NCBI GenBank assembly: GCA_041484665.1
Contig: JBGPIA010000008.1
Location: 96,001 to 160,000 of the forward strand
Origin: Candidatus Krumholzibacteriia bacterium
GTDB taxonomy: Bacteria; Krumholzibacteriota; Krumholzibacteriia; JAJRXK01
Direction: 5' to 3'
Length of the DNA stretch: 64,000 nucleotides
The position numbers and the translations under genes were made by a program. Within the stretch, counting starts at the first letter, position 1; each line of letters opens with the position of its first letter. Under the pieces are notes generated by a model. That model was not told where the DNA came from. It searched no databases and saw nothing but the letters and a program-made list of their open reading frames with translations. Shown here one piece after another: positions 56,400 through 64,000 of the stretch.

Positions 56400-57479
56400 T
56401 TACGCCGTGCCCACCGCCGGAGTCACTGCCATGCCTACCGCCGTCTCACGCAACTGCCCGCAGGCGGCGTTGACGTCCTCGCCTTGGGTGCGGCGCACGC
56501 GGGCGAACACGTCGCGCTCGCGCAGGATCGCCAAGAACACCTGCATGCGCCGCGGCGAAGCGGCTTCGAAGGGGAAGCCGCTGATCCCCGTGCCGATCGA
56601 GTTGTATGGGATGAGATTTACGTGCGCGCGCAACCCGTCCAGCCGGTCGGCGAGCGCGCGGGCGTGATCGTCGCTGTCGTTGATCCCAGCCAACATGCAG
56701 TAGCCGATGGTAGGAATGGTGCCGGTGCGCTGCGCGTAGCGCCGCGTCGCGTCGAGCACCTCGGCAACGCCGTAGCGGCGGTTCAGCGGAACGAGTCGTG
56801 CCCGCGTGGCGTCATCGGCCGCGTGCAATGAGAGCGCCAGACGGACGTCCAGCCCGGAGTCCGCCAGCCGGTCCATCTCGGGCACTAGTCCCACAGTCGA
56901 GACCGTGACCTGCTCCCATCCCAGCTCGCCCAGCTTGGGGGCCGCGATCAAGCGGATCGCGGCGATCACGCTGTCCAGGTTGTGCAAGGGCTCCCCCATG
57001 CCCATGAACACCAGCGTGGAGAGACGGCGGCCCAGCGATTGCGCCTCGGCGCGCAGATGAAGAAACTGCTCTGCGATCTCGCCGCCGCCGAGATTGCGCT
57101 CCAGCCCGTTGCGCGTACTGGCGCAGAAGTCGCACCCCATGGCGCAGCCCATTTGCGACGAGACGCAGCCGGCCGCCCGTTGCGCACCGTACGCGGGCAT
57201 CAAGACCGACTCGACCGCGCCGCCCGCGTCGAAGCCGACCAGTAACTTGATCGTTCCGTCCGCGCTGCGGCTGCGCGCGAGGATGCGCGACTGCCGCAGC
57301 GGGATCTCCTCCTCGACGCGCCGCTGCAATTGCTTTCCCAGTCGCAGGCCGGCCAGGTCGCAGTCGCCGTTGCTCCAGTAGAAAGAGCGCAGCAGCCGCG
57401 CTGCGTGGGCGGGGTGGTGTCCCCACTGCGTGAACTGCGCCGCGAGCGTCTCCGGGGTGAAGTCGGTGAGGGCGGGCAT
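56400..57479 (-). CDS. rlmN: radical SAM rRNA/tRNA m2A methyltransferase RlmN
   Basis: DGTIK, CVSSQMGCAMGCDFC, MGMGEP, SLHA, NLIPYN, AACGQL. Confidence 0.9.
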   Translation of the reverse strand: MPALTDFTPETLAAQFTQWGHHPAHAARLLRSFYWSNGDCDLAGLRLGKQLQRRVEEEIPLRQSRILARSRSADGTIKLLVGFDAGGAVESVLMPAYGAQRAAGCVSSQMGCAMGCDFCASTRNGLERNLGGGEIAEQFLHLRAEAQSLGRRLSTLVFMGMGEPLHNLDSVIAAIRLIAAPKLGELGWEQVTVSTVGLVPEMDRLADSGLDVRLALSLHAADDATRARLVPLNRRYGVAEVLDATRRYAQRTGTIPTIGYCMLAGINDSDDHARALADRLDGLRAHVNLIPYNSIGTGISGFPFEAASPRRMQVFLAILRERDVFARVRRTQGEDVNAACGQLRETAVGMAVTPAVGTA

Positions 57480-57692
57480 GCGACTCCCGGTCGCTTCCAG
57501 ACGGCGCGCAAACATGGGAAACCCCGCACGCCGCGCGGCGTGGGGGGCGCAGGACCAGGCGAGTAGTGTAGCCGAGCGGGCGGCGCGATGGAAGGGTGGC
57601 GCGTTGAGCGTCACGCTCCAAGGCTCCGACACCAGGATTCCGCCATCGCACCGCCGCGCTCACATCGGGTCGGGGATTCGCATCTCCCAGCA

Positions 57693-60600
57693 TCACTTGA
57701 TCATGGCGAGCTTCATCGTCTGGGTCTGGCCGAAGCCCTGAACGCGGCAGAGGTACACGCCGCTGGCCACCGGGCCCCCACGGGCATCCGAACCGCTCCA
57801 GAGGACCGACTGCTGGCCAGCGTCGACGACACCATCGAGCAGTGTGGCCACGAGCTCACCGCGCAGATTGTAGATCCGCACCGACACGTGCCCACGGGCA
57901 GGGGCGGTGAAGGCAATCGTCGTGTTGGGGTTGAAGGGGTTCGGGCGGTTTTGCTGGATGACCAACTTGCCGCTGGTGATCGGGCCGGTCCCCACCGCCC
58001 CCCCATCGTTGATCAGGGCCCCCTGGCCAAACTGGATCAGCAGCTCGCGGGCGAGCTCCGCGCGCGCCGAACGGCCGCCCGCCTTGGGGAAGACGTCCTG
58101 GACGTACAGGAACCCGTACGGAAATGTCACATTGACGCGATCGAACGGCGTGGGTGTCCCCGCCACGAGGATGGTGTCCTGCCTCGAGTTGTAGATGCTC
58201 GCGGACGGAGTGTACGGGCCGGGCAGGAACCCGTGCGCCATCTTGGCCGTCGCAGCGCCAGGAGCGAGGTTGTCGAAGACATTGATCCCCGGACACCCGC
58301 CGAACACGATGAAGTGCGTGCTGAAGCCCGCCACCGTTCCCGTCGGAGCCACCTCGGGGGCGGTCTGGTTCCCGATGGAAGGACGGGCATTGTCGCCGGC
58401 CAGCTGCACGCCCATTACGTCTCTACGGAACGCGACGCCGCTGCCCGCGAGTCCGAACGCGACGTTGTCCCCCCAATACGCCGCATACCGGTTGCCCGCT
58501 TGTGCCATCCAGCCTGTGAGGGCCGCGACGTCGTTCCCCTTGTCATTGCTGCCGCTGCCGCCGCCGCTGCCGTCGCTGATCAGCCCCCTGCTGAGCGCCG
58601 CGCAGTCGTAGAACAGGCTGCGATATCCGATCAGCTGCCCGGAGCTGGCGCCGTGGGCCCCCGCCGACCCCAGGCCGTTGGACGCGAGCGAGGCTGCGCC
58701 GTTGGTCCGATACTGGTCGTAGTCACGCCCCAGCACCAACCCGTTCTGGCCGAATGCCTGCGCGAGCTCGTCGACGTTCCCGCGGTCCGGCGCGTCGTTC
58801 CACAGCAGGACGCTCGGTTGCGTACACGGATCCGTGTCGGCGCCGCACCGCAGCGACGGCAGTCCGTAGACCGTGAACATCCGGTTGTACCCGACACCGC
58901 TGCTGAACCCGCTCGTGTCGGCAGGCAGCGTCGTGGACTCGGCTGGGTTGATGATCGAGGCCGTCAGGTAGTACCGCAGCACGTCGCCGGGGAAGAACAG
59001 CGCCGCCTCCGGGCGTTCGTACGAAGCCAGCGTAACCGGACCATCCGGCAGGTCGAAGAAGTAGCGGTCGGCGACGGTGGAGCCGTCGGCAGCCGTCGAC
59101 TGCCTGCCCCCCACGTAGCCGCGATACAGATTCTCGCCAATGGACTGGATGTCGGACGCGCCGGAGCCCGCGCCGGCTCGCAGGGCCGCGAAGCCGCCCG
59201 CACGCTCGGCCGCGAAGCAAGGATTCGTCACGAGGAGGAACTCCATGCGAATCGAGCCCGGGACCGTTGTGGATCCCGGCGCCTGGGCGACGAAATCACA
59301 GATGATGGAGTCACCCGGGACGTTTCTGGGCTGCGCGCTCGCGCGGATATCACGCGCCATGTCGAGGCGGATGGCCAGGTCGGTGTCATCGGCGGGGGTG
59401 CACGAAACCGCTCCCGAGGTCGGGAAGCCGTCATTGAAGAGGTCGATCTCGCGGGTGCTCTCCCTTGGCTCGGCGGCGTCATACTTGGCAAAGGCCACGT
59501 TGTCGAAGGCTGGCGACTGGGTCGCGTAGGAGCCCGGGAAGTTGAACAGGTCGGCGAGGTCGGTCATTCCAAGGGCGATCTGGACTTTCTGCGGCTCGGG
59601 CGCGAGCAGGTCGCGAACCTCCAGCTGCGTGTTGATGTAGGCTGGTACTCCACCGCCGTAGTACACAAATGTACGGTCCTTGAAGCGAGTCCAGTCGCCC
59701 GTGGCGGGATCGGGGAAGCTGCGCACGTGCCACACCCAGAAGATGCCGTTGCTCAACGGAAGGTACTGATAGACGCTGAAACGCAAGAACGCCCCATCCG
59801 AAGCGCAGTCGTCGGCCGTCCCGGGGAGGTCCCAGTCGATCTCCGGGGACCAGACTTCGTTGGCCAGTGGCCGTTCGCCAAACGTCAGACCGCCTGTGTA
59901 GTTGACGAGCGGATAAAACCAGCCGCAGTCGGAGGTCTTGTACGGGCCCTGGTCCCACGTTCCACCCGTGCTCCTGTGCAGCGGGTCATTACTGGGCGGC
60001 GTGCCGTCGTCGACGAAGGTCATCTGCGGAGACGGATTCTCTCGGCACGGATCGAATCCGCAGTCCAGCACCCTGACGTTGGAGAAGTCCCCCGCGATGT
60101 CTGCAAGCACGGGCTGCCAGCCCCCCGTCTCGCCCCCTTCGAAGGTCGCCTGCGAAAGCACGGCGCTGCCGCGGCGGATCTGGATGTTGTCGACCTGGAC
60201 GGCGCCATCGCCATCGTAGAGCCCGTCCTCATCGGACCAGGCGCCGTCCGAAACGAAGGACATCAGCAGGATGACCTCGTCGCGATGCTGCCCGACGAAG
60301 TCGCCGGGCCGCACCACCACCTGCGTGCCAAGGGTGGCCGGCGACGTGAACTGCCCGCCGCCATCGCGATTGCTGCCGTCGAAGCGAGCGAGATCGACTA
60401 CCGTTCCGGCGAAGTCCCACTGCACGAGGAAGAAGTCATAGCCAGGCTCGCTGTCGTGGTTGAACTGGAGGTCGACCTGGAGCGTGCACGCGACCGCCGG
60501 GTTGGCGACGGTCGTCCGCCAGGCGAGCACTTCGCTCCAGTGGTTGCCGTAACCAGGGGTCGCAAACCCGTCCATGCCAGCGCGCAGCCCCGCCCACATC

Positions 60601-61085
60601 GCATGATTGGGAGCGGGCGCTGCGTACGCGTCTCGCCAATAGGGCGGCCGGGCGCCCATATCCGAGGCATTGAACGTATCGACGTGCCAATGCCACGGGA
60701 GCCCGGTGAGATCGACCCCGCTCCATCCCTGCCGATCGGGTCGGCCTTGCGCAGTCTCGAATCTTCCCTGCAGTGAGCCTGGCCCGCCGTAGAGGTAGAA
60801 CGTGTCGCAGGTCGTCTTGCCGAAGGGTGCCGCGGTGCCGCCATACAGCAGCGGCGAGGCGTCGAAGTCGATGATCTGGTAGGCCGTTGGCGGAGGTGCC
60901 CCATCGGCAGGGCGCGGTGGGCCGGCTCGCAGCGCCTGCGCGCACACGATCACGGCGAGCAGTCCACCGGGCACCGCGACGTGGAGCGCGCGACCGCCGA
61001 TGTCACCATGCGGCCAGGCCCGCGCGAGCAGGCGCTGAACGGGGTCCCGGAGGAACCGGGGAAGTGGTTTGTGGTGGGCACTCAT
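57693..61085 (-). CDS. large secreted protein with C-terminal FlgD-Ig-like sorting domain
   Basis: AGGAGG RBS; signal-like N-terminus; beta-rich body (DSEPGYDF, SDEDG..DGDG); tail NRPNPFNPNTTI...IYNLRGELV...SGVY...KLAMIK. Confidence 0.85.
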   Translation of the reverse strand: MSAHHKPLPRFLRDPVQRLLARAWPHGDIGGRALHVAVPGGLLAVIVCAQALRAGPPRPADGAPPPTAYQIIDFDASPLLYGGTAAPFGKTTCDTFYLYGGPGSLQGRFETAQGRPDRQGWSGVDLTGLPWHWHVDTFNASDMGARPPYWRDAYAAPAPNHAMWAGLRAGMDGFATPGYGNHWSEVLAWRTTVANPAVACTLQVDLQFNHDSEPGYDFFLVQWDFAGTVVDLARFDGSNRDGGGQFTSPATLGTQVVVRPGDFVGQHRDEVILLMSFVSDGAWSDEDGLYDGDGAVQVDNIQIRRGSAVLSQATFEGGETGGWQPVLADIAGDFSNVRVLDCGFDPCRENPSPQMTFVDDGTPPSNDPLHRSTGGTWDQGPYKTSDCGWFYPLVNYTGGLTFGERPLANEVWSPEIDWDLPGTADDCASDGAFLRFSVYQYLPLSNGIFWVWHVRSFPDPATGDWTRFKDRTFVYYGGGVPAYINTQLEVRDLLAPEPQKVQIALGMTDLADLFNFPGSYATQSPAFDNVAFAKYDAAEPRESTREIDLFNDGFPTSGAVSCTPADDTDLAIRLDMARDIRASAQPRNVPGDSIICDFVAQAPGSTTVPGSIRMEFLLVTNPCFAAERAGGFAALRAGAGSGASDIQSIGENLYRGYVGGRQSTAADGSTVADRYFFDLPDGPVTLASYERPEAALFFPGDVLRYYLTASIINPAESTTLPADTSGFSSGVGYNRMFTVYGLPSLRCGADTDPCTQPSVLLWNDAPDRGNVDELAQAFGQNGLVLGRDYDQYRTNGAASLASNGLGSAGAHGASSGQLIGYRSLFYDCAALSRGLISDGSGGGSGSNDKGNDVAALTGWMAQAGNRYAAYWGDNVAFGLAGSGVAFRRDVMGVQLAGDNARPSIGNQTAPEVAPTGTVAGFSTHFIVFGGCPGINVFDNLAPGAATAKMAHGFLPGPYTPSASIYNSRQDTILVAGTPTPFDRVNVTFPYGFLYVQDVFPKAGGRSARAELARELLIQFGQGALINDGGAVGTGPITSGKLVIQQNRPNPFNPNTTIAFTAPARGHVSVRIYNLRGELVATLLDGVVDAGQQSVLWSGSDARGGPVASGVYLCRVQGFGQTQTMKLAMIK

Positions 61086-61137
61086 GGGCGACCTCCTGCG
61101 CGGCGTGGGCAGTCAGGCCGGCAGCCCCGCCGACGGT

Positions 61138-61166
61138 AGAGTACGGCAAGTCTGCACGCGTGTCAA
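61138..61166 (-). promoter_or_regulatory. strong sigma70 promoter with AT-rich UP-like region
   Basis: TTGACA-N17-TACTCT; AT-rich tract 61167-61200 upstream. Confidence 0.65.
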
Positions 61167-61357
61167 TATTAATACTCTTTAGAGTAGTTCTGATTTTGTG
61201 ACGCCGACCCGCGGGCGCAGCTGCGTGGGGCCCCCGCCACTGCGCCGGTCCCGCTTCCGCTGCCGTTGCTGGCCCTGATGCGCCGGTGCATAGTCAGGCG
61301 GCTGCCCGCCCGCGCGGGATCACCCCCGGCCCGCACCACGCCAGGAGGAACACCGGG

Positions 61358-64000
61358 TTGTCCGCTGCCTGCCAGCGTCCCCCGCTCCACATCCGTGCCG
61401 CGCTCGTGCGGCTGGCCGGTTCCGCGCGTGGGGGGCTCGTCGCATCCACGCTCGCAACGTTGGCCGCACCCGGGCGCGCCGCATCTGGGCTCGTCGCCCT
61501 CGCCATGCTCGCCGCCGTCACCACCTGCTCGCTGCTGGGCGGGTGCAGCGTCGCCGCGCGCGGCCGCGCCGCGCTGCAGCCCCTGTTGACGCCGCGCACG
61601 CCAGTTCTTCGCCCGTTGGAGCACCCTCTGGTCGACGCGGCGGCCGTCGCCCTCCTCGACCAGCTCCGCGACGCGGGCCAGCGCGGTGACTACCGCTCGG
61701 CCTCGCGCCGCCTGCTGCTCTCGCCTCTCGCCGATGGGACGAACGCCTGGGAGGCGAGCGCGCTGGGCTGGGCGTTGCTGCGCCAGGCGCCAACGCTCCT
61801 GCCAGCACCGTGGCCCACCGAGCCGCGCTCGGAGCCCGCGCTGCAGGCGTGGCTGCGGCTCGAGCTGGCGCAGGGCCGCGCGCTCGACACGGAGCTCTGG
61901 CTGGTGCAGGCACGGGGTCAGACGCCGACCGACTGCGAGCTGGTGATCGTGGGCGGGGACCACTCGTGGCGGTCGGGACCGCAGACTCTCGCCGTCCCTG
62001 CTCGGGATAAGCGAAGCTGGCCGCTCGCTGCCGATGCCACGTTGCCGCTGGCGACCCTGCAGGCACCGGGCGCCGAGTTCCTGCGCGAGCTCGACGGCGC
62101 GCTCTGGCTGGAATCCCGCGACGGCCGGCGCGGCGTCGACCTGCGTTCCGGCGCGCTGACGCTCGGCCCGCTGCGGTCGTGGGCCGAATGGAACATGACC
62201 TGGGCCGAGCGCCGCGAGGGGCGTACTGGGCTCGCCAAGCCCGTCCTCGCCATGCTCGCGCGCGACGTACGCCTGGAGCTGCGCACCAGCGATCTGCCCG
62301 TGGGTGAGGGGGACGTGTGGAGCTGGTGGCTCGCGCGCGACGGCGCCTGCGCGCCGCTTCCGCTCACGCGGCCCACCGCCCGCACGCTGGTCTCCCTGGT
62401 CGCCGCCCCGCACCGCTGGGGAATCGAGCAGGGCTGGCTCACGCTGGAACGCGACGCGTCGGGAAACGCGACGCTGGCGCTGTTCGCAGCGCCGTTGCGC
62501 GCCCTGCCGCCCGCTGATGCCGGCGGCGCGGCGGCCCGGGCCGTCACGGCCGCGGCGCGAGCGGACTTGGCCGCCTCCGGTGGTGGTCCGACCATCTGCC
62601 AAGCTATCCCGCCGCGTCCTGCTGGCGACTGGCCCCACGATCGAACCCGCGAAAGTACTGGCAACCGTACCGGCGAGCGTGCGGGTGAACGCGCGGACAA
62701 CCACGGCAGCACGGCACGCAGGGCACGCGGTGGCTTTGACCCGTGGTTCGCGTGGCGTCTCGTCCACACCGGAGTCCTGCTCGCGCGATGGGACCCCCGG
62801 CAGGGCGCCGTGCCCGAGCCGGGCGTCACCTGGTCGACGCACGACGGCGGGACAACGTGGGAGCTGACGCTCCCGCTGCCCGGCGCGCGCGCCGCGCTGC
62901 CGGCGATCACGCCGCAGGACTGGGCCAGGGCGTGGCGAACGGCGATCGGTGGCAGCAGCAGCACTCGCAGCATCGGCAGCGTCGCCGGCACGGACAGCAC
63001 ACAAGCGCTCGCGGCCTCCAACACTTCGCCCGTGGACGCCGACGACTGGCTGCTGGGCCGGCTGGCGCGCGGTCGGGTCACGCCCTCCTCGCGCGGTCTG
63101 CGCGTGGAGTTCGATGCGCCTGTCCCCGACCTGCCCGCTCGACTGGCCTGCCCCCGGCTCGCGCTCCAGGATCCCACCCTCTCCGCGCGATTCGCCACCC
63201 ACCGGTTCGCCACGCTCCCGCGCCTGGACCAGCTCGCCGCACGGCACGCCGACAGCGCATCGCTCGCGCTCGTCGAGGAGGCCGATCCGCTAGTGCGCCG
63301 TACGCAGTTCCTGCTCGGCGAGACGCAGATCCTGCGCCCCTGGGAAATCGCCCTGGACGATCCGCTGACCCGTGCTCCGGTTGCCGCGGGCCCGGCAGCC
63401 CTCGGCGATAGCGCGCGCTGGCGCGCCGTGCGGGAGCCCGACCGGTGCGTGGCGCTCACCTGCGATCCAGCTTCGCCCCCACAGGCGCGGCAGCGTCTGT
63501 CGCAGGTGCTGCGGCGCCTGTCGCCGGTGGAGTTGCTGGCCATCGACGACGAGCGGATGCGCCCCATCGGTCCGATCACGCAGGAGCCGCTCGCTTCAGA
63601 CGAGCAAGGCGACGAGACCATGACCGAAGACGCCGGCGAGGGGGCGACAACCGGGCGGCCGCTGGAGATCGAACTACGTCTGACGCCCGATGTGGGCGCC
63701 GAGCTCGCGCGCGCAGCGCAGCGCCTGGCGGTGCTGCTCGCGCCCTTGGAGATCCAGGTGATCGTGGAGGCGACCCCAGCTCCGCCGACCGAAGTCGGGA
63801 GTGCCGAGCGCAACGCGCCCCTCACGATCCACGCGCGGCTCGAGCGCGTCGTGTTGACGGCGGGGGAACCGCTGCTGCGCGCCCTGGAGCTTGCGGGGCA
63901 CGTGGGCGCGGGCGGCGCCGCGCGGCGGACGTCCCAGGATTCGCGAGCGTCGCAGGACTCGCAAGGAGCGCCACAGGCGCAAGTGTCCCCCGAGTCGCAA
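61358..64000 (+). CDS. large hypothetical lipoprotein, partial (runs off the window end); distal half resembles a degenerate family-5 solute-binding domain
   Basis: Not in the ORF track. AGGAGG then TTG 61358; frame appears open to 64000; LLGGC lipobox; W.THDGGTTWELTL...ITPQD...W...LRVEFDAPVPDLPARLA. Confidence 0.6.
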   Translation, partial: MSAACQRPPLHIRAALVRLAGSARGGLVASTLATLAAPGRAASGLVALAMLAAVTTCSLLGGCSVAARGRAALQPLLTPRTPVLRPLEHPLVDAAAVALLDQLRDAGQRGDYRSASRRLLLSPLADGTNAWEASALGWALLRQAPTLLPAPWPTEPRSEPALQAWLRLELAQGRALDTELWLVQARGQTPTDCELVIVGGDHSWRSGPQTLAVPARDKRSWPLAADATLPLATLQAPGAEFLRELDGALWLESRDGRRGVDLRSGALTLGPLRSWAEWNMTWAERREGRTGLAKPVLAMLARDVRLELRTSDLPVGEGDVWSWWLARDGACAPLPLTRPTARTLVSLVAAPHRWGIEQGWLTLERDASGNATLALFAAPLRALPPADAGGAAARAVTAAARADLAASGGGPTICQAIPPRPAGDWPHDRTRESTGNRTGERAGERADNHGSTARRARGGFDPWFAWRLVHTGVLLARWDPRQGAVPEPGVTWSTHDGGTTWELTLPLPGARAALPAITPQDWARAWRTAIGGSSSTRSIGSVAGTDSTQALAASNTSPVDADDWLLGRLARGRVTPSSRGLRVEFDAPVPDLPARLACPRLALQDPTLSARFATHRFATLPRLDQLAARHADSASLALVEEADPLVRRTQFLLGETQILRPWEIALDDPLTRAPVAAGPAALGDSARWRAVREPDRCVALTCDPASPPQARQRLSQVLRRLSPVELLAIDDERMRPIGPITQEPLASDEQGDETMTEDAGEGATTGRPLEIELRLTPDVGAELARAAQRLAVLLAPLEIQVIVEATPAPPTEVGSAERNAPLTIHARLERVVLTAGEPLLRALELAGHVGAGGAARRTSQDSRASQDSQGAPQAQVSPESQ

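Noticed and set aside
56400..57479. Possible Cfr resistance methyltransferase, or maturase for the Cys-rich protein
   Set aside because: MGMGEP and AACGQL fit RlmN. There is no SPASM/RRE domain, and it lies 12 kb away among unrelated genes.
57588..60776. 1062-aa plus-strand ORF
   Set aside because: Antisense to the CTD-bearing secreted protein, with no recognisable motifs.
61169..63825. Minus-strand ORFs of 692 and 635 aa
   Set aside because: They are shadows of the plus-strand lipoprotein frame, which has the RBS, lipobox and Trp/Leu-rich protein-like composition.

Overview
GC-rich, densely coding bacterial chromosomal segment with no rRNA, tRNA, CRISPR array or mobile element seen. Three secreted proteins carry a FlgD-Ig-like C-terminal domain and one ends in SWGxVK. 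This suggests an FCB-superphylum candidate lineage such as Latescibacterota, Krumholzibacteriota or Eisenbacteria (inference). Housekeeping genes: M16 peptidase (partial), pdxS/pdxT, archaeal/eukaryote-type proS, lipA, PPi-type Pfk, RlmI-like methyltransferase, rnd and rlmN. A complete alternative complex III (actABCDEF plus actG-like) is co-transcribed with sco and an A2-type caa3 oxidase. A cobalamin riboswitch precedes a BtuB-like receptor and a BtuG-like beta-propeller. A sigma-54 two-component system lies upstream of an envelope-protein cluster. The most unusual locus is 43.0-50.1 kb. It encodes a secreted ~463-aa protein made of 58 consecutive Cys-Thr-initiated repeats (CTxGxx) that ends in SWGEVK. 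This gene is transcribed divergently from two paralogous ~900-aa polytopic membrane proteins. Each paralog has two GldG/GIFT(DUF4350)-like extracytoplasmic domains, and one has an exosortase-like membrane segment lacking the catalytic Cys. This is a candidate undescribed export, modification or anchoring system. Start codons were refined by eye, and all family assignments come from motif recognition, not database searches.
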